Positions 40,954 through 51,972 of a stretch of DNA of 64,000 nucleotides are shown in pieces. The notes under the pieces are model-generated. The model saw only the letters and a program-made list of their open reading frames with translations, had not been told where the DNA came from and ran no database searches. Made by a program: the position numbers and the translations under genes. Source of the DNA: Nitrosopumilus sp. (lineage in GTDB: Archaea; Thermoproteota; Nitrososphaeria; Nitrososphaerales; Nitrosopumilaceae); NCBI GenBank assembly GCA_965205675.1, contig OZ242186.1, positions 1,824,001 to 1,888,000 on the forward strand, given 5' to 3'. Within the stretch, counting starts at the first letter, position 1. Each line of letters starts with the position of its first letter.

Positions 40954-42224
40954 TTTAATCTACCTCTTACTGCTTCATAGTGATTTGAAAGTCCTTCAGC
41001 ATTAGCTAAAATTTCTAAATGTTTTGAGATTTTAGATAAGGATTGTTTTGATGAACTTATCTGGGTGTTTACCTTGATAAAATCTAAAACAGAAAGAGAG
41101 CCTCTAATTTTTCCAAATCCATTAGTGGGTAAAATATGATTTGAGCCTAGAATATAGTCGCTAGCTGATGAAGGCGTATTATTTCCAATCAAAACAAGTC
41201 CCGAAGAAGTAATTTTTGAAGATGCAGATTCAGGATTTTTAGTCATTATTTGCAAGTGTTCAGGAGCTAAAATATTTGCTAGTTTTAGCATATCAGAATT
41301 GGTTTTACATATACCAATAAATCCATTATTCTCAAGACTAAATTTGGTAATTTTTCCTCTCTTGATTCTAGGAATTAATTCTGAAATAATTCTCTTAACT
41401 GACATTGCAAGTTTTTCAGAAGTAGTAATCAAATAACAAAAGGTGTCATTACTATGTTCTGCTTGTGAAATTAAATCTAACGCAATAAATTTTGGGTTTG
41501 ATGAATTATCTGCAATTATTCCTAATTCAGTTGGACCTGCAAGCATATCAATTCCAGTATTATCACTAATTAGGGATTTTGCAGCTGTAACAAATATACC
41601 ACCAGGACCAACAATTTTATCTACTTTTAAAATTGACTTTGTTCCATAAGATAATGCTGCAATAGATTGTACACCCCCGGTTTTGTAAATTTCAGTTGCA
41701 CCACAAATATCAGCAGCAACAATAGTTAGCGGATTAATATTTCCTTTAGAATTTGGTGGAGTTACAATCACAATTCGTTTTACACCTGCAATTTTTGCAG
41801 GAACAACTGACATTATAACAGAGCTCGGGTATTGTGCTAAACCTCCAGGGATATAGCACCCCACACTTTGAATTGGAATGAATTTTTTTAAGATTTTTAT
41901 TCCATCTTGATTGATTGTTTTGTTTTTTAATAGTGATTTTACAATAGATTCAGTTTTGCCAAGTTTATTTTTTGCTAATTGTAATGCAGCAAGTTCTGAT
42001 TTTGAAGTCTTTGAATATGCATTTTTTATTTCATGTTGAGATAAACGTAATGTGGAGATGTTTGCTTTGCTAAATTTTTTCTCATATTTTCTAATTGCAG
42101 TATCGCCATTTTTTTTAACATCTTTTAGAATAGATTCCACTATAGTCTTGTTATTTTGAGGCTGTTTTGGAATAATTTTAGCTGCAAATTTTTCAACATT
42201 GTTTACTTTGATTACTCTCATCAA
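40950..42224 (-). CDS. hisD: Histidinol dehydrogenase
   Basis: GCYIPGG, IDMLAGPTE, SQAEH, APEHL, GSNHILPT. Confidence 0.96.
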   Translation of the reverse strand: MMRVIKVNNVEKFAAKIIPKQPQNNKTIVESILKDVKKNGDTAIRKYEKKFSKANISTLRLSQHEIKNAYSKTSKSELAALQLAKNKLGKTESIVKSLLKNKTINQDGIKILKKFIPIQSVGCYIPGGLAQYPSSVIMSVVPAKIAGVKRIVIVTPPNSKGNINPLTIVAADICGATEIYKTGGVQSIAALSYGTKSILKVDKIVGPGGIFVTAAKSLISDNTGIDMLAGPTELGIIADNSSNPKFIALDLISQAEHSNDTFCYLITTSEKLAMSVKRIISELIPRIKRGKITKFSLENNGFIGICKTNSDMLKLANILAPEHLQIMTKNPESASSKITSSGLVLIGNNTPSSASDYILGSNHILPTNGFGKIRGSLSVLDFIKVNTQISSSKQSLSKISKHLEILANAEGLSNHYEAVRGRLN

Positions 42225-43213
42225 TTTTCTTCCTGACGCTTTATCTCCTCGAGTTCAAGTATTTGTCGTGGTTCATGAACTACAAGGCCTTGAGCTATTT
42301 TCCTCAATTTAGGAATGAGTTTGTGGAATTCTTCTTTTTTAATGACGGTGTTTACTCCAAACCACCCTTGTTCGCTTAATGGGCTTATTGTAGGCTTTTT
42401 CAGTGAAGGCATCTGAGTCAAAAGTTTGTTTAAATTTTTTTCTTCGACATTTAGATAAATGTGTAAGAATTTTCTGCCATGAACTGCACCTCTCATCAAA
42501 GTAACAATATCAAAGATTTTTTCATGTTTTTTAGGATCCTTTAATGATTTTTTATTTACAATCAAGTGTGCAGTTGAAGTAAGGACTTGATCTACAATTT
42601 TGAGTTTGTTTTGTTTTAGAGTTGTTCCGGTTTCTGTAACATCCATTATAGCATCAACGTCCTCAGGAGGTTTTGCTTCAGTTGCACCAAAGGATAAATG
42701 AATTTGAACACTTTTGTTAGTTCCCAATCTCATCCACGGAGTAACAATCAATGGATCTTTAGAACCATAATATTTTTTGTATGACTTTAGTTGCTTTAGA
42801 AATTTTGAAGCCGTGGTAAGATATTCTGATGATATTCTAAGTGTTTTTTTCTTTTTGCCATAATCTGCAATCATTGCATCGAGATTTTTGTATCTATATT
42901 TGTCAGGAAAGGCAATTACTAGTCGAATTTTACCATATTCTAGATCTAAAATTGGCTCAACATCAGAATTTGTTTCACCAACCCAGTCCTTCCCAGTAAT
43001 TCCAACATCATAGAGTCCTTCTGCAACTAACGTTGGAATTTCTTGCGGGCGAAGCATTTTGACAACAATACTAGGATCATCCAGATATACACGATAAGTT
43101 CTATTTTTACGATTTACTCTAGTCCAAGACTTTTCTAATAATTTGAAAGTTGCATCTTCTAAACTTCCTTTTGGAATAGCAAATTTTATTTCAGACATTT
43201 TTAATTTTTTCAC
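42221..43213 (-). CDS. hisG: ATP phosphoribosyltransferase (long form)
   Basis: AIPKGSL, RPQEIP, GITGKD, GATE, DVTETGTTL, PTISPL. Confidence 0.95.
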   Translation of the reverse strand: MKKLKMSEIKFAIPKGSLEDATFKLLEKSWTRVNRKNRTYRVYLDDPSIVVKMLRPQEIPTLVAEGLYDVGITGKDWVGETNSDVEPILDLEYGKIRLVIAFPDKYRYKNLDAMIADYGKKKKTLRISSEYLTTASKFLKQLKSYKKYYGSKDPLIVTPWMRLGTNKSVQIHLSFGATEAKPPEDVDAIMDVTETGTTLKQNKLKIVDQVLTSTAHLIVNKKSLKDPKKHEKIFDIVTLMRGAVHGRKFLHIYLNVEEKNLNKLLTQMPSLKKPTISPLSEQGWFGVNTVIKKEEFHKLIPKLRKIAQGLVVHEPRQILELEEIKRQEEN

Positions 43214-43236
43214 TTTTTAGGTATATAATCGCATGT

Positions 43237-44493
43237 TTAAATTTGCTCGAGTAGTTCTTTAGCTCTGCCAAGTGAAATTTTCTTTTCTTTAATCATTTTT
43301 TGTACAATATCATCTATTTGATCAAGTGTAGCACCTGCTGCTACAGCCAAGTTTCTTGCATGAAGACGCATGTGTCCTTTTTGAATTCCTTCTGTAGATA
43401 GTGCTCTAATTGCACTATAATTTTGCGCCAAACCAGTAGCAATCATAACACATCCAAGTTCTTGTGCCGATGAAGCTCCTAGAATTTTTGTACAAACTTT
43501 GGCTACTGGATGAATATTGGAAATCCCGCCAACAATCCCTACAGAAAGAGGCATTTCCAAGGTTCCAACTAGATTGCCTTCTTTATCTTTGCTCCATTTA
43601 CTTAAAGAACGATATTGTCCTGTTTGTGCAGCATATGCATTTGCTGCAGCTTCAATTGCCCTACTATCCTGACCTACAGCATTTGCAACAGCTATAATTC
43701 CATTCATGATACCTTTGTTATGAGTAACTGCTCGATACACATCATTATCAGCAAATTCAAATGCAGAAATAATATTATCAACTACTTGTTTGCCTCCTAC
43801 TGCTTCTTTTTCAAATACTGCTTTTGCTTTGGCTATTCTTCTTGTTGAATAATTGGACAAAATTCGTAGTAATGCTCTACCGCCAGTAATTTTTTCAATT
43901 AATGGAGAAATTGCTTCACACATTGTATTTGTAAGATTAGCACCCATTGCATCACCAACATCAATTAATAATTCAACGATGAGCATATTTCCAGAAGATG
44001 TTTTGATTTCTTTGCATGAAATCTCCTTTGCACCTTTATCCATTTTAGATAGAGTATTACTTTTAGAATTTGCTAGTTGAAGAATTTCATTTGTAGAATT
44101 TTTTATTTGTGTAATAGCATGAGGAATATCAATGTCTAACATCTGTATTTGACCAATGCTAAAAGATTCATTTGCAGATACTTCAAATCCACCTTTAATT
44201 CGTGCAATTTTAGCTCCTTTTGATGCAGCAGCTATTACAGATGGCTCTTCAATAACCATAGGTACAACGTAATCCTTATCATTAATTTTGAAATTAGTAG
44301 CAATTCCCAATGGTAATGAAAATGTTCCAATTACATTTTCTATCATTTTATCTGCTTTCTCAAAAGAAATTCCTCCATTATCATTTTGTAAAATGGCTAG
44401 TTCTTCATCAGAAAGATTTGCAAAATTAGCAACAGTGTCTAATCTTTCTTTTCTAGATTTTTCAAAAAATTTAGAAATTGATGAATCAGGCAT
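43237..44493 (-). CDS. hmgA: Class II HMG-CoA reductase
   Basis: IENVIG, EEPSVIAAAS, DAMGAN, THNKGIMNG, GIQKGHM. Confidence 0.93.
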   Translation of the reverse strand: MPDSSISKFFEKSRKERLDTVANFANLSDEELAILQNDNGGISFEKADKMIENVIGTFSLPLGIATNFKINDKDYVVPMVIEEPSVIAAASKGAKIARIKGGFEVSANESFSIGQIQMLDIDIPHAITQIKNSTNEILQLANSKSNTLSKMDKGAKEISCKEIKTSSGNMLIVELLIDVGDAMGANLTNTMCEAISPLIEKITGGRALLRILSNYSTRRIAKAKAVFEKEAVGGKQVVDNIISAFEFADNDVYRAVTHNKGIMNGIIAVANAVGQDSRAIEAAANAYAAQTGQYRSLSKWSKDKEGNLVGTLEMPLSVGIVGGISNIHPVAKVCTKILGASSAQELGCVMIATGLAQNYSAIRALSTEGIQKGHMRLHARNLAVAAGATLDQIDDIVQKMIKEKKISLGRAKELLEQI

Positions 44494-44494
44494 T

Positions 44495-45586
44495 TTATTT
44501 CAATATCCTCAATAATTTATCATCCATACTATCTGGAAAACCTTTTCCATCAGTATTTGAAGTAATTACATAAAGACTGCCATCAGGGCCTTCTACCACA
44601 TCACGAACGCGACCTATTCCACTAAGAATGGATTTTTGAGAATTAAGGCCTTCTTCAAAATTTAATTGGTAAAGATTTGCAGCCCTCATTGAAGCCATGA
44701 TAAATGAAGATTCAAAATCCAGGGAATCTCCAAAATAAAACAAGATACCACCAGGTTCTATACTTGGATCATAGCAAAGAATAGCATCTTCAAAATTCTC
44801 ATTACCAGAACATTGCTGTTCAGGCCATCCATAGTTTTTTCCTGCTTGGATCAGATTAATTTCATCATTTTTCTCAGGTCCAAATTCAGCCACAAACATG
44901 TTTCCATTATCATCCCAAGTAATTCCTTGGGGATTTCTATGTCCTAACGAATAGATTGGAGAATCAGAAAAAGGGTTATCATTTGGGATACTACCATCAT
45001 CATTTAATCTTAAAATTTTTCCAGACAAAGAGTCAAGATCTTGTGGAAGATGTGAAACATCAGAGATAGTACCTGTACCTACATACAATTTATCATCAGG
45101 TCCAAATTTAATAAATCCGCCATTTGTAAATGAAGAACCGGGAATTTTATCTAAAATAGTTTCTGCATTTTGTAATTTATTATTAGATTCAGTAATTTTT
45201 AAAATCTTATTCCATAAAATATCATCCTCAACATATGTCAAAAATACATACATGTGATGGTTGGTAGAAAAATTTGGATGTAGAGCAATTCCTAATAATC
45301 CACCATCAAATACATCGGCACTACGTAGTGTAGCCAAAGGAGATTCCAACAGCGTATTGTTTTGAATTACTTTGATTAACCCATCTTTTTCAGTAACAAA
45401 AATTCTATCGCCAGAAATAGCAATTGCACGAGGTTTATCTAAATTTTCAGCTAAAACTGTAACAAAATCATTTTTAGATTTTGGATTTGGATCAGGTAAT
45501 GGAATTGGATCAGTAGGGGATGTTAAGACTAAAACAGAAAATATAACGGCAACAGCAATTACAATAATTTGGAATTTTTTATCCAC
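44495..45586 (-). CDS. PQQ-dependent (glucose/sorbosone) dehydrogenase family beta-propeller
   Basis: GGLLGIALHP, GKILRL, GHRNPQG, GKNYGWP. Confidence 0.9.
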   Translation of the reverse strand: MDKKFQIIVIAVAVIFSVLVLTSPTDPIPLPDPNPKSKNDFVTVLAENLDKPRAIAISGDRIFVTEKDGLIKVIQNNTLLESPLATLRSADVFDGGLLGIALHPNFSTNHHMYVFLTYVEDDILWNKILKITESNNKLQNAETILDKIPGSSFTNGGFIKFGPDDKLYVGTGTISDVSHLPQDLDSLSGKILRLNDDGSIPNDNPFSDSPIYSLGHRNPQGITWDDNGNMFVAEFGPEKNDEINLIQAGKNYGWPEQQCSGNENFEDAILCYDPSIEPGGILFYFGDSLDFESSFIMASMRAANLYQLNFEEGLNSQKSILSGIGRVRDVVEGPDGSLYVITSNTDGKGFPDSMDDKLLRILK

Positions 45587-45669
45587 GAAAAGATGAGTCC
45601 TTCAAATCCTATTAATTACTTTCAAGAATTTGATAAAGCGTATATTACGGCTCAATTTCATTTATCTTC

Positions 45670-45744
45670 AGCGGGGTGGGGAAGCCAGGTCATCCCGGCG
45701 GGCTCATAACCCGCAGTTCAGTAGTTCAAATCTACTCCCCGCTA
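45670..45744 (+). tRNA. Initiator tRNA-Met(CAT)
   Basis: A1:U72, GCGGG-CTCATAA-CCCGC anticodon arm with three G-C pairs. Confidence 0.93.
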
Positions 45745-45745
45745 C

Positions 45746-47098
45746 TTAGTTTTCATAAACACAAAACCATGAAAGAGATGGATTGAATTTCGTAGGTTTA
45801 TTTGTAATTCCAATTCTTTGTAATGGTCTAGTAAGATGCCTATGGGCAGATATTTTTGGAAGGTATAATTGTTTTTTGATATTTCTTGGAACTTTAAGTA
45901 TAACTTTGGCAGATGCCTTTTTTCCACAGCGAATGCATTGAAATCCTTGATCTGTACCCTTAGATTTCATTTTCTTGTTGCATTTTTTACATTTAGGATT
46001 TGATAATTTAGTATTTCTTGCAAGAGAAATAATATGAAAAAATTCAAGGTTAATTATTCGTGGGAAATTTTTAGAAGCCTTTCTAACACCGCCACCTACA
46101 TTGATTTTATCACCTTTTAGTAAATTTGATGCAGCTACAGTCATACCAGTTGGTTTGTAAACAGCACACCAAAATTCATGGTTATCAGAATTAATTTTAA
46201 AAAATACATGACCTCCCTTTACAACTTTTGGATTATTTGAAATAACTCCAGAAATTTTTCCAGATGCATATGGTTTCATATTTTTATGATTTAGTTTATT
46301 TTTCAAATGATCACCAGTTCCTTGGTTTGATTTAAAGATCATATATCCATCTAATTTTTCAGATGTTTTTAGAATTTTAGTGGCATGAACTAAAGAATTT
46401 ACATTCTCTCCTCGTACACCATAGAAGACAGGATCAGGTCCATGAGGAGTGATTAGAACACGGCCTTTTTTGGTATCAAAACTATTAAACGTATTAGGAG
46501 AGGTTCTCTCTTGCATGTTTTGCACACTTTGAGTAGAAATTTTTCGTTTTTTTCCAAATTTTGATTTTTTTCTATAACTTAAAAGCTCTAATGTATGATC
46601 ATCAAAATCGTATCCTACTGCACCAATTGCACCAATTAATCCCTGACCATTACCTTGATAGTGAATTTCAAGATTATTTTGTTTTGCAAATTTTTTGGCA
46701 TTATTCCGATTAATTAGTTGCCATAAAGCTAGTTTGCTAAATTTAGTAAACTCAGAAGGAATATTATCACTTTCAAGAAATACTAATCCGGGATTTGCGC
46801 CATTTTCAGTATCAGAATATTTTAAAACAAGATTTTTTATTTGATTTTTTGTTTTAGAAGGATTTTTTGTTTTTATTTTAAAAGAAACTGCCCCATTTCC
46901 CCTTGTTTTCCAAGGAATGTTAGGATTAAATCGAATCAATCTTGGAAAATCAAGAAATTCAATTTTCTGTTTATGAAGTAAATCAATGATTTTGTAAGCT
47001 AAAAATGTAGTACACATTCCTTTAGGAGAGTCAGTATCATCAAATCCTACATTGAGAATAGTTTTATTTTCCATGACTTGTTTTATCTGATCAGACAT
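45746..47098 (-). CDS. tiaS: tRNA(Ile2) agmatinylcytidine synthetase
   Basis: GFDDTDSPKGMCTT, LIRFNPNIPWKTRGNGA, NQGT, RHLTRP. Confidence 0.95.
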   Translation of the reverse strand: MSDQIKQVMENKTILNVGFDDTDSPKGMCTTFLAYKIIDLLHKQKIEFLDFPRLIRFNPNIPWKTRGNGAVSFKIKTKNPSKTKNQIKNLVLKYSDTENGANPGLVFLESDNIPSEFTKFSKLALWQLINRNNAKKFAKQNNLEIHYQGNGQGLIGAIGAVGYDFDDHTLELLSYRKKSKFGKKRKISTQSVQNMQERTSPNTFNSFDTKKGRVLITPHGPDPVFYGVRGENVNSLVHATKILKTSEKLDGYMIFKSNQGTGDHLKNKLNHKNMKPYASGKISGVISNNPKVVKGGHVFFKINSDNHEFWCAVYKPTGMTVAASNLLKGDKINVGGGVRKASKNFPRIINLEFFHIISLARNTKLSNPKCKKCNKKMKSKGTDQGFQCIRCGKKASAKVILKVPRNIKKQLYLPKISAHRHLTRPLQRIGITNKPTKFNPSLSWFCVYEN

Positions 47099-47156
47099 TT
47101 TTAGTTGTTGGATATTACAGTTGATTTAAATTAATAATGTTATATTCCAAGCTGAA

Positions 47157-48152
47157 TTGATTATAGTTGATGAAGAAAGAATCTTCAAAGAAATAAAAGA
47201 AAAAAATCCTGCATCAGTTTCACTAAATGGTCCTGATGGAATTTTACCTCAAGTTCAGGATACTGCTATGAAAATAACCAAGAAATTTAGAATTCCAGCA
47301 TATGTTTTAGCAGATACGACATGGGGAACATGTGATCTTAATACCAATGGTGCAAAGGTTCTTGGATCTGAAATTCAATTCAATATTGGACATACAATCA
47401 ATACTGAATCATTAGAAAAGAATCTAGTTTTAATTGATGCATTTGATGACGTAGAATTTGATAGTGTTGCAAAAAAATGTACAAGTATGCTACAGGGAAA
47501 AACTATTTCGTTAGTTACTGACAGTCAACATTTACACCAAGTTGATAAAGTTGGAAAAATTTTGACAGATAGTGGAATTAATGTCAAAATTGGAGAGGGT
47601 AAGGGACAATTAAATGATGGTCAAGTTTTTGGTTGTGAGTTTTATCCTGCATCAGAATTAAAAAAAGAAGTGGATGCCTATGTTTTTTTGGGACAAAGTA
47701 ATTTTCATGCAGCGGGAATTGCATTATCAACTAATTTACCAACTTTTATTTTAGATCCATATTTCAACGAAGTAAGAGAAATTACAGAATTTGCTCAGAA
47801 ATTAAAAAAGAAAGCTACTATGGCAATCTACAAAGCTGCAGAGGCAAAATCTTTTGGAGTCATTGTAGGATTAAAGGAAGGACAATTATCCAAAGTCTTT
47901 GCATTAAAAATAAAAAAAGAATTAGAAGCAGAAGGAAAGGAAGTGCAATTATTTGCATTAACTGATATTACAAATGAAAGATTGAAAAATTTGAAAGGAG
48001 TTGATGCATTTATTCAAGTTGCATGTCCAAGAATTTCTACAGATAATCAATTTGACAAACCAGTTTTATCAACCCCACAAGCAAATGCACTTCTCAAAGT
48101 TTTACGAAAAGAAAGTATTGATGAGTATTTAGAAATTCCACATTGGTTGTAA
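47157..48152 (+). CDS. dph2: Diphthamide biosynthesis enzyme Dph2
   Basis: WGTCD, GQVFGC, ACPRI Cys ligands. Confidence 0.93.
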   Translation: MIIVDEERIFKEIKEKNPASVSLNGPDGILPQVQDTAMKITKKFRIPAYVLADTTWGTCDLNTNGAKVLGSEIQFNIGHTINTESLEKNLVLIDAFDDVEFDSVAKKCTSMLQGKTISLVTDSQHLHQVDKVGKILTDSGINVKIGEGKGQLNDGQVFGCEFYPASELKKEVDAYVFLGQSNFHAAGIALSTNLPTFILDPYFNEVREITEFAQKLKKKATMAIYKAAEAKSFGVIVGLKEGQLSKVFALKIKKELEAEGKEVQLFALTDITNERLKNLKGVDAFIQVACPRISTDNQFDKPVLSTPQANALLKVLRKESIDEYLEIPHWL

Positions 48153-48788
48153 TTATAAAACTAATTTTTTAAATTTAGGATTACCTGCCAATTTTTCAAA
48201 GACTTTTGATTTTCTAGCCTTAATTTTATATTGGATTCCTTGAGCGATAGCATGCTCAAGTGTATTTAATGCTTCGTCATTTTTAGACAACATTACAAAA
48301 TTAGAAGATTTATCAAATAAGACATCCCCATTATCAGGATAATCATCTAAAATTTGATTGCAACATAAAATAGATTCAGGATAGTTTTCCATATAGAATA
48401 AAATTCGTTCTTTGTGATAAAGTACTATATTGTATTTTGGATTAGTATTCAATATTTTGTTGCAAATAGATAATGCATTAGAAAAATTTCCTTGCTTACG
48501 AAATGACGAGATTTTGTTAACTAGTATAGATAGATCATCAGGAGAACTCTGTAAAGCAGCATCATAGCATTTCATAGCATTATCAAAATCTTTTAGTTTG
48601 CTTAAAGCATATCCTTTATTGTTAAGGGAACTTACATGGAGAGAATTTTCATTTAGAATTTTATCATAATATGTAATTGCTTCATGTAATTTACCTTGTA
48701 AAAATAATCTATTACCTTCATCTAAAATAGAATTTGTTTTTGGATCTTCCATATTATCAAGACCTTGGCTTGAGCAGAATTTTTCCAA
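48153..48788 (-). CDS. Tetratricopeptide repeat protein
   Basis: NNKGYAL...A..CYD TPR repeats; true start probably MEDPK. Confidence 0.85.
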   Translation of the reverse strand: MEKFCSSQGLDNMEDPKTNSILDEGNRLFLQGKLHEAITYYDKILNENSLHVSSLNNKGYALSKLKDFDNAMKCYDAALQSSPDDLSILVNKISSFRKQGNFSNALSICNKILNTNPKYNIVLYHKERILFYMENYPESILCCNQILDDYPDNGDVLFDKSSNFVMLSKNDEALNTLEHAIAQGIQYKIKARKSKVFEKLAGNPKFKKLVL

Positions 48789-49842
48789 ATAGACCTTTAC
48801 CGTTGAGCATTTTTGTGTGAGCTATAGAAGCTTCTTCTAAGAAATAGACTGAATCAACTATTGATTTTATTTTACCTTGTGACATCCAATACAGACCTTG
48901 TTCTAATTCAGCGCGAGTTCCCTGTGTAGAACCTAAAATATTGATGCCTTTAAAGAAAATATGGCGTAAATCAGTTTTAGCGTCATAGCCTGTAGTAGCA
49001 CCAGTTGTAACTATTGTTCCACCGTAATTTAGCAAAGTTAGTTCTTTGTTCCAATGAGAACCTCCAATGTGTTCAAAAATTACATCTACGCCAGGGACAT
49101 CACCTAATTGTTTAGGAATTTTTTTTGCAATTGATCTTACTTCTTTATGCCAGTCTTCTTTTCTATGATCTACTGCATAATCAGCTCCAAGTTCTAATAA
49201 TTTGTCTAGTTTATCTGGACTAGCAGTGGCAATAACAGTGCAATCAAATAATTTAGCAATTTGAATTCCATAATTTCCAACTCCAGAACTTCCACCCATT
49301 ATCAAAACTATTTGTCCCGGTTGAATTTTTGCTCTACTGATTAACATGTGCCATGATGTCAGCAAAGTCATGGATGCAGCAGCTGCTTGATCATATGAAA
49401 CATCATCAGGAATTTTTACAACATTAACTTCTGGAAGATGTGTAAATTCACAATAGCCTCCCCAGAGAGGACCAGTTTCAAAACCCCAGATAGTTCTTTT
49501 TCTACAATCAAATTCTCTACCACCTGTACATGCCTTACAAACTCTACATGAAATGTTTCCATGAGAGACAACTCTATCTCCCACTTTGATATTTTTTACA
49601 TCACTGCCAATTGCTGTAACTTTACCGGCAGCATCAGTACCAGAAATATGTGGCAATGGAATCGCTAGAGGTTTACCTCTCATACCCCAAATGTCATCAT
49701 AGTTCAGAGCAGCCGCCTCTACCTTGATGATTACTTCATTAGATTTTGGTTCAGGAGTTGGAATTTCTTTAATTTGTAGTATTTTAGAAAAATCGTCATC
49801 ATCAGTATATTGATCATATACTAGAGCTTTCATGATTTTCAT
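48757..49842 (-). CDS. Zinc-binding medium-chain dehydrogenase
   Basis: PHISGTDAAG, C-x2-C-x2-C-x7-C, GGSSGVG. Confidence 0.9.
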   Translation of the reverse strand: MKIMKALVYDQYTDDDDFSKILQIKEIPTPEPKSNEVIIKVEAAALNYDDIWGMRGKPLAIPLPHISGTDAAGKVTAIGSDVKNIKVGDRVVSHGNISCRVCKACTGGREFDCRKRTIWGFETGPLWGGYCEFTHLPEVNVVKIPDDVSYDQAAAASMTLLTSWHMLISRAKIQPGQIVLIMGGSSGVGNYGIQIAKLFDCTVIATASPDKLDKLLELGADYAVDHRKEDWHKEVRSIAKKIPKQLGDVPGVDVIFEHIGGSHWNKELTLLNYGGTIVTTGATTGYDAKTDLRHIFFKGINILGSTQGTRAELEQGLYWMSQGKIKSIVDSVYFLEEASIAHTKMLNGKGLFGKILLKPRS

Positions 49843-49965
49843 CTATTTTTTGAAGATATATGATTATGCTATCTAATTTCCTAGCTGATTTTGGCACATA
49901 TGGTTATAGTTATCAAGATCCTTCAAGCCACAAACAATTATAATCATAAATACAAAATTCTCATT

Positions 49966-50517
49966 ATGTCTGAAAATGCGATATTCCCAGGTGACAAAAT
50001 AGCAGCTATTGAAGAATATGAGGCAGGTCATAATGCTTTTGATGACGGAGATATGGTCAGAGCAGCAACTGTTGGAGAGAAAGATATCGATAAAACATTA
50101 CGAGTTGCTAATGTAAATCATCCAAAACTCCTATCAATACCAAAAGTAGGCGACATCATTATTGGGACTGTCGCTGCAGTAATGTCATCTATGATTGCAG
50201 TTTCAATTGATTACATTAATGGAAAACCAACAACATCCAAAGTAGAGTGTATATGTGGAACACGAAATCTAAGAATAAGAAATATTGCATTGGTAAATGA
50301 TATAGTCACATTAAAAATTCTTAATCATCTTAATGGTACTATTCATGCAGCGATTAATGAACCGAATTTAGGAATTTTGTTTACTAAATGTAGAAAATGT
50401 GGTGGTAAAGTTGTTCCAATGCGTGATGCAATAAAATGTACTGATTGTGCTTGGATTGATGAGAGAAAACTTTCTGCAAACTTTGGAAATAGTGATTTCG
50501 TAAACTTGAGAGGTTAA
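49966..50517 (+). CDS. csl4: Exosome complex RNA-binding protein Csl4
   Basis: FPGD..EEY, PKVGD S1 domain, C-terminal Zn ribbon; likely start MSEN at 49966. Confidence 0.9.
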   Translation: MSENAIFPGDKIAAIEEYEAGHNAFDDGDMVRAATVGEKDIDKTLRVANVNHPKLLSIPKVGDIIIGTVAAVMSSMIAVSIDYINGKPTTSKVECICGTRNLRIRNIALVNDIVTLKILNHLNGTIHAAINEPNLGILFTKCRKCGGKVVPMRDAIKCTDCAWIDERKLSANFGNSDFVNLRG

Positions 50518-50520
50518 GAA

Positions 50521-51336
50521 ATGATACATGTTTCGTTCCAAGGTGAACGAGGTGCTTATAGTGAAGCAGCAGCTAGATCATTTTTTAATGAAGAAATTGA
50601 AACTGTACCTCAAACTACATTTGCAGAAGTATTAGATGCCACTTCTAAAGATAAAACACAATTTGCAGTCTTACCAGTAGAGAATTCTTTGGAAGGAAGT
50701 GTTGGTGAAAGCTATGATTTGTTATATTTGACATCCCTAAATGCTACAGGTGAAATTTATCATAGAATTGAGCATTGTTTGATTGGAATTGGAGGTATAG
50801 ATAAAATAGATACAGTATATTCACATCCACAAGCTTTAGGTCAATGTAGAAAATTTATTGAGAGCCACGATATGAAAACAATTCCAACATATGATACAGC
50901 AGGAAGTGTTCAAATGGTCAAAGAACTAAACAAAGAAAAATATGCATGTATCGCAAGTAAAGATGCTGCAAGAATACATGAGATGCCAGTCATATTAGAT
51001 GATATTGCAAATAATTTGAATAATCATACCAGATTTTTAATTCTATCAAAAGAAAATAGTTCTGATACTGGCAATGATAAAACATCAATAATATTTTCTA
51101 TAAAACATGAACCAGGGTCATTATTTAGAATAATTGAGAATTTTAACAAAAATAATGTAAACCTAACAAAGATTGAATCAAGACCTACTAAAGCAAACAC
51201 ATGGGAATACAATTTCTATGTGGATTTTGAAGGACACCAAAAGGACTCTAAAGTTTCAGAAATACTAGAAAAAATAAAACGAGAAACTCTATTTATGAAA
51301 ATTCTAGGATCTTATCCCTCTGCAAAATTAAGCTAA
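50521..51336 (+). CDS. pheA: Prephenate dehydratase
   Basis: FQGERGAYSE, PVENSLEG, SHPQALGQC, TRF, NLTKIESRP. Confidence 0.95.
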   Translation: MIHVSFQGERGAYSEAAARSFFNEEIETVPQTTFAEVLDATSKDKTQFAVLPVENSLEGSVGESYDLLYLTSLNATGEIYHRIEHCLIGIGGIDKIDTVYSHPQALGQCRKFIESHDMKTIPTYDTAGSVQMVKELNKEKYACIASKDAARIHEMPVILDDIANNLNNHTRFLILSKENSSDTGNDKTSIIFSIKHEPGSLFRIIENFNKNNVNLTKIESRPTKANTWEYNFYVDFEGHQKDSKVSEILEKIKRETLFMKILGSYPSAKLS

Positions 51337-51806
51337 AATCCTTTAGGCTTTCTTAACGTAAAACCCATACTGAATCCAATTATTATAACTCCAGAAGTTA
51401 TCACCATAAGATCAAAGGTAAATCCAATTGGATCAGGGGTTTGTAAAGTATCTGCTTTTATATTTAATTCCTCATCACCCGTATTCTGAATAACGATATT
51501 TGTTTCACCATCTTGCAGATGAGTCCAATCTAAGGTTAACTCATTTACATAAGAAGTCATATTTGGAATCTGTAATCCGTCACCTGGACTCTTTAGCTTG
51601 AGATCAAATGTATCTCCAGTAATCTCTAGATGTTGTGATGCATGATTTGGTGCAGGGATTTTTAGAGTGACTCTATCGCCTTGCCCTATAACAAAATTTT
51701 CAGTTATAGAAACAGTGGGTCCTATATGGGAAATTATCGAATAACCACCCAGTCCAATAATTATACTTCCAACAATCATTCCAATAATTGTTCTTTTAGA
51801 AAGCAT
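51333..51806 (-). CDS. Hypothetical membrane protein
   Basis: N- and C-terminal TM helices. Confidence 0.75.
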   Translation of the reverse strand: MLSKRTIIGMIVGSIIIGLGGYSIISHIGPTVSITENFVIGQGDRVTLKIPAPNHASQHLEITGDTFDLKLKSPGDGLQIPNMTSYVNELTLDWTHLQDGETNIVIQNTGDEELNIKADTLQTPDPIGFTFDLMVITSGVIIIGFSMGFTLRKPKGF

Positions 51807-51972
51807 GATGGAATTATTTTTAATACTGTTTAAAAAATTATCTACATCAAAACAAGGCTGAATTATGAATTAAAAAGAGTATTGGTAATTACTAAGAATT
51901 GAGCAAATACCAATAACATTGTTTTCTGTCTACCATATAGATTTTTCAGTCAACCAGAATAGCAATTGTTTA

